64,000 nucleotides of DNA from an uncultured delta proteobacterium. GTDB taxonomy: Bacteria > Desulfobacterota > RBG-13-43-22. Both the position numbers and the translations under genes were made by a program. The notes beneath the pieces are model-generated. The model was not told the DNA's origin and did not search any database. It worked only from the letters and a program-made list of their open reading frames with translations. The DNA lies in contig CAVQFQ010000010.1 of the NCBI GenBank assembly GCA_963711835.1, forward strand, positions 128,001-192,000. Direction: 5' to 3'. This document shows, piece after piece, positions 55,089 through 64,000 of this stretch (the first letter of the stretch is position 1; the number at the start of each line of letters is the position of its first letter).

Positions 55089-56315
55089 ATGGATAATAGC
55101 TCGAGAGGGGTCCTGGCGGTAATCGGAAGCTCCCTGGCCATCTTCTGGCCGGGGGCCTTTATCTTCGGGTATCCGGGCGTCATGGGCCCATACTGGCAGA
55201 AAATGTTCGGGGTCGGAAGAGGTCCCATCGGCAACAGCCTCTTTTTTGTCCTGGCGGCCGTAGGCATTTTTATGTTTTTTGTCGGGCGCTGGCAGGAGAA
55301 GTTGGGCACCCGGAAAATGATTTCGATCGGGGCTTTTCTCTGCGGGACAAATACCCTTTTTGCGGCCTATGTTACCAACCTCTTCCTGCTCTATCTCTGG
55401 GCCTTCCTTAATGGGCTGGCCTCCTGCTTCATCTACCTCCCGGCCTTAACCACGGTACAACGCTGGTATCCTCACAAAAAAGGGTTGGTCTCGGGTGTCG
55501 TCAATCTGGCCTTTGGGATTTCAGCGGCCGTTATGGCCCCTCTTTTCGGCTGGCTGTTCCATTGGTTAGGCTATGTCTCCATGAATCAGGTTCTGGCTGT
55601 GGCTGCTCTGGTCATCGGTGTACTGGCTGCTCAATTCACCGAGGTCCCGGAACAAATTATAGGATCCAATGCCGGCGACAAGGCCAGGCCGGCAAGCCTT
55701 GCGGTTCAAGCCGGTACTGCCCTGACGGTAAGGGAAAGTCTCCGAACCAAAAACTTTTGGTTCCTCTGGCTAACCTGGGCCCTGCAGGGGTCCGCCGGTA
55801 TCGCTATGGTGACCCTGTCGGTCAATTTTGGGCTTTCCAAAGGAATGGCCATGACCTCGGCCGTTTTAATTTTAACCGCCTTTAACGTCACTAACGGTCT
55901 GAGCCGTCTGGTGATGGGATACCTTTCGGATCGACTGCCGAGGAATAAGGCCATGGGTCTTACTTTTTTAGCCGCCGGCTGCTCTTTCCTCGTTTTGGGT
56001 TATCTGGATAATTTCATGGTGATCCTATTTCTTTCGGCCGTCATCGGCTTTGCCTTCGGTACCTTATTTGCCGTCTCGGCTCCACTGGTTTCGGATTGTT
56101 TCGGGCTGAAGCATTTCGGGGCCGTATTCGGCCTGGTCTTTACGGCCTATGGTTTTCTGGCCGGACCCTTAGGGCCTTCTTTAAGCGGCTATCTATTGGA
56201 TCTGACCGAGGGCAGCTTCCTGATTGTCTTCACCTATCTGGGCCTCTTTTGCCTGCTTTCAAGCATCCTGATCCGCCGGGTGGTTCCCTTCGGAGCAACT
56301 GATCCTTCTTCTTAA
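55089..56315 (+). CDS. MFS transporter, oxalate/formate antiporter-like
   Basis: About 12 TM helices; RWYP.KKGL, DCFGLKHFG..FG. Confidence 0.8.
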   Translation: MDNSSRGVLAVIGSSLAIFWPGAFIFGYPGVMGPYWQKMFGVGRGPIGNSLFFVLAAVGIFMFFVGRWQEKLGTRKMISIGAFLCGTNTLFAAYVTNLFLLYLWAFLNGLASCFIYLPALTTVQRWYPHKKGLVSGVVNLAFGISAAVMAPLFGWLFHWLGYVSMNQVLAVAALVIGVLAAQFTEVPEQIIGSNAGDKARPASLAVQAGTALTVRESLRTKNFWFLWLTWALQGSAGIAMVTLSVNFGLSKGMAMTSAVLILTAFNVTNGLSRLVMGYLSDRLPRNKAMGLTFLAAGCSFLVLGYLDNFMVILFLSAVIGFAFGTLFAVSAPLVSDCFGLKHFGAVFGLVFTAYGFLAGPLGPSLSGYLLDLTEGSFLIVFTYLGLFCLLSSILIRRVVPFGATDPSS

Positions 56316-56359
56316 GTCGCCTATCCTCCCCTTCCCCCGGCACCAGCACCCAACTAAAA

Positions 56360-56400
56360 TACATTAATGTAATTTATTTTAAAATAATTACATAATTGTT
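56360..56400. promoter_or_regulatory. Paired palindromic upstream activator sites
   Basis: TACATTAATGTA (56360) and TACATAATTGTT (56389); same motif recurs upstream of glnB. Confidence 0.55.
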
Positions 56401-56481
56401 TATTCTCTCCAGGTCTTGTCTCGACTCCAAACAACGCATAACAGTCTAAAATTATTTAGAAAAATAAAAAATTATCTCAAC

Positions 56482-56497
56482 TGGCACGGTTTCTGCT
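56482..56497 (+). promoter_or_regulatory. Sigma-54 -24/-12 promoter
   Basis: TGGCACGGTTTCTGCT, GG-N10-GC. Confidence 0.75.
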
Positions 56498-56585
56498 TCT
56501 TTTGATGGACCATACAGGATCCGGATCTATCATCTCAGAAGCCAGTGCGCTTACTATCAAAGAAGAAACCAGGAGGAAAAGAAAA

Positions 56586-57392
56586 ATGAAACTCAAAAAA
56601 TGTGCGGCCGTAATGACCCTAACCTTACTGTTAACCGGCGCTTCCGCAGCCGTTGTTTCTGCCGAAGAAAAAAAAGAAGACCCCAAGCCGTACTTCAGCG
56701 GTGCTGCGGCCGGATTGAGCCAGTATATCTGGCGCGGCTATGAGCTGAGCAAAGACAGCGTTGTCATTCAGCCTTCCCTGACCGTCGGCTACCGGGGATT
56801 TGAGGCCAATCTCTGGGGTAACCTGGACACCAATGATAAATACACCAGAGTCGATAAGACCAATTGGAACGAAACCGACTTGACCTTTTCCTATACCCAT
56901 GATCTGGGGCCGGTTAAACTAACCGGGGGGTATATTTACTATGCCCTCGAAGGGGCGGATGATTCGCAGGAATTATTTCTAAAGGTGGCGGGGAATATGC
57001 TCTTGTCCCCCACGCTGGCCGTCTACAGGGAAATTGCGAATTATCCCGGCTGGTATTTCAACCTTGGTATTGGTCATTCCATCAACTTGACCAAGGAGAT
57101 CACCCTCGATCTGGGGGCCGCCATCGGCTCTCAGATTTCCGATACCGATAAAATTGTAAAATACAATTCCAACGGGCAGCCGACCAGCGACAAATACAAT
57201 TCGCTGCATTTGCACGATGGCAATTTTTCGGTGGGGCTGACCATTCCCTTCGGCAAGTACTTTTCGGTCAAACCGGTGCTCTACTACTCGATGGCCCTGT
57301 CGGACGACGCCAAGAACCGCATCCGGGGAACCAGCCTGAGCGATAAAAACGACTTTCTATACGGCGGGATCACCCTGACCGCTTCTTTTTAG
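56586..57392 (+). CDS. Outer-membrane beta-barrel protein (TorF/TIGR02001-like)
   Basis: Signal peptide, SQYIWRG, NETD, C-terminal Phe; directly upstream of amtB. Confidence 0.7.
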   Translation: MKLKKCAAVMTLTLLLTGASAAVVSAEEKKEDPKPYFSGAAAGLSQYIWRGYELSKDSVVIQPSLTVGYRGFEANLWGNLDTNDKYTRVDKTNWNETDLTFSYTHDLGPVKLTGGYIYYALEGADDSQELFLKVAGNMLLSPTLAVYREIANYPGWYFNLGIGHSINLTKEITLDLGAAIGSQISDTDKIVKYNSNGQPTSDKYNSLHLHDGNFSVGLTIPFGKYFSVKPVLYYSMALSDDAKNRIRGTSLSDKNDFLYGGITLTASF

Positions 57393-57537
57393 CTTAGGTT
57401 AATAGTGTCAGACTAAAAACAACCCGCTTGCACAGGGGTTGCTCTTAGAAGAAGTCAGGTGACGATCCGGATGGGTTGTCAATCCAAAAATTCAAGATCC
57501 AATAATCTTGAGAATAAATATAAGGAGGAAATACATC

Positions 57538-59117
<1,580 letters not shown>

Positions 59118-59137
59118 CCCTGGAGCAATCGGCTCTT

Positions 59138-59200
59138 GGCGGTCAGCGGTCAGTAAAAGCACAAGGCCTTTGGAAGTCCACAAGCTGACTGCTGGTCGCC
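59138..59200. repeat. Heptamer-based hairpin after glnK
   Basis: GGCGGTCAGCGGTCAG pairs with CTGACTGCTGGTCGCC when G-U pairs are allowed. Confidence 0.45.
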
Positions 59201-59305
59201 GGCCGTTTTGGAGCGGAGTTGTTGATTATGTCAAAGACGGCCCGCCAAGTCTTTTCCTGTTACCTGAAGCTTCCGGAAAAGAAATAATTCCAGGAAAAAA
59301 ATTTT

Positions 59306-59349
59306 TACATTTTTGTATAAAATTAATTTAAAATGATTGCATAAATGTA
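59306..59349. promoter_or_regulatory. Paired palindromic upstream activator sites
   Basis: TACATTTTTGTA (59306) and TGCATAAATGTA (59338). Confidence 0.55.
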
Positions 59350-59423
59350 ACTTGCTTTTTATTGGGGAAAGCCATTTTTTATAAACAGACTGATATTATT
59401 GATTAATTGATGTTCAAAATCAA

Positions 59424-59439
59424 TGGCATAACGATTGCA
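59424..59439 (+). promoter_or_regulatory. Sigma-54 -24/-12 promoter
   Basis: TGGCATAACGATTGCA, GG-N10-GC. Confidence 0.8.
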
Positions 59440-59473
59440 GTTTTAGAAAATGTTCGCCCTCTAACCCTTTTAA

Positions 59474-59875
<402 letters not shown>

Positions 59876-60053
59876 TAAATCCGAGTTACTGGGTGCTGGT
59901 TTCTGGATAGGTGATAAAAGCAAGCACTGATGCTGAAACCGGGATAACCATCACGATGTAATGCTGGTGGCCTAAAAATACGCATCCGTGGTTTCAACAG
60001 GTTTCCTTATCGAGCAGCCAGTATCTAGAAACCGAGATCAGACCAGACCAATA

Positions 60054-62648
60054 ATGCAAGAGCCTCTCCATAAAAAATATCTTCTTGAACAACGCCAGAA
60101 GCTGAGGGAAACGCACGACCAGGGAGAGGCCGGTCTGACGGTCGCGGGCCGGCATGCCGCCTTTCTCGATGTCTTCATTATTTCGATCTTCAACAGTGTT
60201 GAAGTGCGGACCCTGCTGGGTCTCGAAGGAGCGGAACAAGCCTGTGTGGTTTTGGGACTCGGCGGGTATGGACGAAAGGAACTGGCTCCCTTTTCCGATA
60301 TCGACCTGCTCTTTTTATATTCGGAAAAAATTGAATCCCAGGTAGAAGAGGTCATCCGGAAGATCCTCTACCCCCTTTGGGATGTGGGCTATGAACTGGG
60401 TTATACCGTTCAAACACTGGAGCACTGCTTGGAGATGGCCCGTTCCGACCCCTCTTTCCTAACCGCCCTGCTGGATGCCCGGCGGGTTACCGGAAGCACC
60501 GCTCTGGCCCAGTCCCTTAGGGCCCGGATCAATGCCCTGCTCAAGGATGGCCAGGGTCAACTCTGGCAGGCCTGGATCCTGAAAGAAGGGGAAAAGCGCC
60601 ACCGGCGCTATGGGGATTCGGCTTTCTTCCTGGAGCCGCATCTGAAGGAAGGCTTAGGGGGATTGCGGGACATCCATCTCCTGCTCTGGATGGGAAAATC
60701 CCTTTTTGAGGCCCCGGATATGTCCTCCCTGGAAAAGGCGGGCCTTCTTTCCCGGGAAGACCGCAAGGTCCTGGCTCAGTCTCATAATGTGCTCCTCCGT
60801 CTGCGAAACCAGCTTCATTACCTGACGGGCCGGAAAAACGACCGGCTTTCCTTCGAATATCAGGAGGCCATGGCGGACTGGGCGAAAGTTAAAAGCCTGG
60901 GGGATATCCTGCCCGTCGAGGTCTTCATGCGGGATGTCTATCAACATCTGCAGGGGGTCCAAATCATCCGGGAGAACTTTTTTGAACGGTTGGCGGAACT
61001 GAGACAGAAGGGAGAAAAACAGCGGGAGATCCTCGAACCGGGGATCTACCTCGAAGGGGACCGGCTCTACCTGGAATCGGCCCGGGTTCTTTTAGATCAT
61101 CCGGCCCTCCTAATGAAACTCTTTTGGTATGCTTTGAAAAAAGAGGTCCGGCTCAGCCAGGAGACCATCCGATTAATCAAACAATGCCTTTTCCTGGTGG
61201 ATGAACCCTTCCAGCGTTCCCGGGAGGTCAGCCGGATCTTTTTGGAGATCATCAGCGATCTAAAAACCACGCGCCCATTGCTGGAGACCATGCTGCAAAC
61301 CGGGTTGCTGACCCGTTACCTGCCCGAGTTTGAAGCCACGGTTTGCAGAACCCAATTTGATACCTACCATGTCTACACGGTAGATATTCATCTGCTCCTG
61401 ACCCTTTTGGAATTAAAAAAAATCGGCCAGGGAATTTACCTCAAGGAGGAACCCCTGATTTACGGGATCTGGGGCGAGGTCGAGGATTTTACTTCCCTGT
61501 ATCTGGCCGCTTTATTTCATGACTTGGGAAAAGGCCAGGGAAAAAATCATGCCCGGCAAGGAGCCTTGATGATTCCGGCGATAGCCGAAAGGTTGGGGCT
61601 TTCTTCCTCGGAGTCCGAAAAGGTGGCCTTCCTGGTGAAAGATCACCTGCTCCTGGTCGATACGGCCTTGCGCCGTGATCTGAATGACGAGGATCTCATC
61701 GTTCGCAGCGCCCAGATGATTAAAGACGCCGAAACCTTAAAGATGCTCACCCTGTTAAGTTATGCTGATGCTTTGGCCACCGGCAGCCGGGCCTGGAATA
61801 ATTGGAAATCGATGTTGGTCAAGGAATTGTTCTTTAAACTCCTTCATATTCTGGAAAAAGGAGAGGTGGCTTCCGGAATGGCCCTGGAAACCCTGGCTTC
61901 GTTGCAGAGGGAGATTCTGGAGCAGGTGGAAAAGGAAATCCCCCCAAAAGAAGCCCGGATGCTTCTGGAGGGCATGCCGACGGGCTACTTGCTTTCCCTG
62001 CCGGCCGCCTCCATTGCCCGGCACTTGCGATTGCTGCGGCAGTTGGACGGAAAACCTTTTCTCTGGGCCGTTGAAAAAAAGGAGGAGATCTATGAACTGT
62101 TTATCTGCTGCCACGATCGCCCGGGCCTCTTTTCCAGGCTCACGGGAGTCCTGAGCTTAAACCATATCAATATTCTGGGGGCCCAGATTTTTACCCGTTC
62201 GGACCGGATTGCCCTGGATATTTTTCAGGTTCAGCCGCCCTTGGATCCCCTTTTTGAGGAAGAGACCTGGGAGAAGGTCCATGAGCAGCTCTTAAAGGCC
62301 ATTCAGGGCAAACTCTCTCTGGATTATCGCCTGGCTCAGAAAAAACCCGGTTTGCAACTTACCTCGGGGCCGAAAACGCAGGCTGAGAGCCAGGTGGTGA
62401 TTGATAATCAGGGTTCCGATTTTTATACCATCCTGGAGATCTATTCCCAGGACCGATTGGGATTGCTCTACACCATTACCAAGACCCTCTTCGAGATCGA
62501 ATTGAATATTCATTATGCCAAAATATCCACCAAGGTGGACCAGGTGGTGGATGTTTTTTATGTGGCCGACCTGGAAGGTCAAAAAATTTGGGATGAAGAA
62601 CGCATGGAAGAAGTTAAGAAAGCGATTCTATTTGCATTAAAATCATAA
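60054..62648 (+). CDS. glnD: PII uridylyltransferase/uridylyl-removing enzyme (start uncertain)
   Basis: GGYGR.EL.P.SDID, K.G.GGLRD, HVYTVD.H, FHDLGK, two ACT domains (DRPGL, DRLGL). Confidence 0.93.
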   Translation: MQEPLHKKYLLEQRQKLRETHDQGEAGLTVAGRHAAFLDVFIISIFNSVEVRTLLGLEGAEQACVVLGLGGYGRKELAPFSDIDLLFLYSEKIESQVEEVIRKILYPLWDVGYELGYTVQTLEHCLEMARSDPSFLTALLDARRVTGSTALAQSLRARINALLKDGQGQLWQAWILKEGEKRHRRYGDSAFFLEPHLKEGLGGLRDIHLLLWMGKSLFEAPDMSSLEKAGLLSREDRKVLAQSHNVLLRLRNQLHYLTGRKNDRLSFEYQEAMADWAKVKSLGDILPVEVFMRDVYQHLQGVQIIRENFFERLAELRQKGEKQREILEPGIYLEGDRLYLESARVLLDHPALLMKLFWYALKKEVRLSQETIRLIKQCLFLVDEPFQRSREVSRIFLEIISDLKTTRPLLETMLQTGLLTRYLPEFEATVCRTQFDTYHVYTVDIHLLLTLLELKKIGQGIYLKEEPLIYGIWGEVEDFTSLYLAALFHDLGKGQGKNHARQGALMIPAIAERLGLSSSESEKVAFLVKDHLLLVDTALRRDLNDEDLIVRSAQMIKDAETLKMLTLLSYADALATGSRAWNNWKSMLVKELFFKLLHILEKGEVASGMALETLASLQREILEQVEKEIPPKEARMLLEGMPTGYLLSLPAASIARHLRLLRQLDGKPFLWAVEKKEEIYELFICCHDRPGLFSRLTGVLSLNHINILGAQIFTRSDRIALDIFQVQPPLDPLFEEETWEKVHEQLLKAIQGKLSLDYRLAQKKPGLQLTSGPKTQAESQVVIDNQGSDFYTILEIYSQDRLGLLYTITKTLFEIELNIHYAKISTKVDQVVDVFYVADLEGQKIWDEERMEEVKKAILFALKS

Positions 62649-62665
62649 TTAAGGAGGAAAGACCA

Positions 62666-64000
62666 ATGACCCCGAAAGAAGTACTGGCATTTGCCCAGAA
62701 AAACAAGGCCAAGATGGTGGATGTAAAATTCCTGGATTTCCCGGGGATCTGGCAACACTTCAGCGTCCCTCTCCACGAATTGGATGAAGATTCCTTTGAG
62801 AGCGGCTACGGTTTTGACGGTTCCAGCATCCGCGGCTGGCAGCCTATTCATGCCAGTGACATGCTGGTGATCCCCGACCCGGACACGGCCGTTATGGATC
62901 CTTTCATGGCCATTCCGACCCTGAGCCTGATCTGCAATGTGGTGGATCCCATCACCAAAGAGGCCTACAGCCGGGACCCGCGGAATATCGCCCGGAAGTG
63001 CGAAAACTATTTAAAGTTCACCGGTCTGGCGGATACGGCCTATTTTGGACCGGAGGCCGAATTTTTTATCTTCGATGATATCCGCTACGACGGCGGGGCC
63101 CATTTTGCTTTTTACCAGATTGATTCGGTGGAAGGCGTTTGGAACAGCGGCCGGGATGAATCGCCCAACTTGGGCTATAAACCGCGGCATAAGGAAGGCT
63201 ATTTCCCGGTTTCCCCCACCGACAGCCAGCAGGATCTGCGAACCGAAATGGTGCTGGTTATGGAGCAGATCGGGATGGAAATCGAGTGCCAGCACCATGA
63301 GGTGGCCACCGCCGGCCAGGCTGAGATCGACATGAAGTTTCAACCCCTGGTCCGGATGGGGGACCAATTGATGTGGTTTAAATACATCATAAAAAATGTT
63401 GCCAAGAAGCATAATAAGACCGTCACTTTTATGCCCAAGCCCTTATTTGCCGACAACGGTTCGGGCATGCATACCCATGTCAGTCTTTGGAAGGGAGGCA
63501 AGCCCCTCTTTGCCGGCGACAAGTATGCCGGTCTCAGCCAGGAGGCCCTTTATGGCGCCGGCGGGATTTTGAAGCATGCCAAGGCCCTCTGTGCCTTTAC
63601 CAACCCGACCACCAATTCCTATAAGCGGCTGGTCCCCGGGTTCGAGGCCCCGGTAAACCTGGCCTATTCCAGCCGGAATCGGAGTGCCGCCATCCGGATA
63701 CCCATGTATTCGGCTTCTCCCAAGGCCAAGCGCCTGGAGTTCCGGACCCCGGATCCCTCCTGCAACGGCTACCTGGCCTTTTCGGCCATCCTGATGGCCG
63801 TCATTGACGGGATCGAGAACCGGATCGATCCGGGCGAACCTCTGGACAAGGATATTTACGGCCTCAGCCCTGAGGAACTGGCCCATGTCCCCTCGGCTCC
63901 GGGATCTCTGGAAGAAGCCTTAAATGCCCTGAAAGCGGATCACGAATTTCTGCTGCGGGGTGATGTCTTTACCCCGGATGTGCTCGAAAAATGGATTGAA
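62666..64000 (+). CDS. glnA: Glutamine synthetase type I (3' truncated by window edge; absent from the ORF track)
   Basis: RBS AAGGAGG; MTPKEVL..., [28 protein letters not shown], adenylylation site DKDIY. Confidence 0.95.
   Translation, partial: MTPKEVLAFAQKNKAKMVDVKFLDFPGIWQHFSVPLHELDEDSFESGYGFDGSSIRGWQPIHASDMLVIPDPDTAVMDPFMAIPTLSLICNVVDPITKEAYSRDPRNIARKCENYLKFTGLADTAYFGPEAEFFIFDDIRYDGGAHFAFYQIDSVEGVWNSGRDESPNLGYKPRHKEGYFPVSPTDSQQDLRTEMVLVMEQIGMEIECQHHEVATAGQAEIDMKFQPLVRMGDQLMWFKYIIKNVAKKHNKTVTFMPKPLFADNGSGMHTHVSLWKGGKPLFAGDKYAGLSQEALYGAGGILKHAKALCAFTNPTTNSYKRLVPGFEAPVNLAYSSRNRSAAIRIPMYSASPKAKRLEFRTPDPSCNGYLAFSAILMAVIDGIENRIDPGEPLDKDIYGLSPEELAHVPSAPGSLEEALNALKADHEFLLRGDVFTPDVLEKWIE

Overview
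GC-rich bacterial window; gene content and protein style suggest Desulfobacterota/Deltaproteobacteria (inferred, not proven). Order: end of a sensor kinase and degP; a quinone-type cluster (UbiA prenyltransferase, cytochrome b5 membrane protein, two methyltransferases including ubiE/menG, ubiB); gnd-zwf-tkt-tal running straight into a full complex I operon (nuoA, fused nuoBCD, E-N); alternative complex III; a cbb3-type oxidase with maturation genes; nudC, a flavin disulfide reductase, glgP, dedA-mgtA and an MFS transporter; then a sigma-54 nitrogen locus (porin-amtB-glnK, glnB-glnD-glnA, glnA cut by the window end). Main signals: (1) nuoI has an in-frame UGA at an invariant [4Fe-4S] cysteine, followed by a SECIS-like hairpin, so it is a candidate selenocysteine complex I subunit; (2) NuoF lacks the glutamate that selects NADH over NADPH and is co-operonic with the oxidative pentose phosphate pathway, suggesting an NADPH-fed complex I; (3) the region reads as a self-contained glycogen -> pentose phosphate -> complex I -> quinone -> ACIII -> cbb3 respiratory or O2-defence module. 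A single-base frameshift in nuoBCD means sequencing error or decay must be excluded. All calls come from reading motifs; no searches were run.
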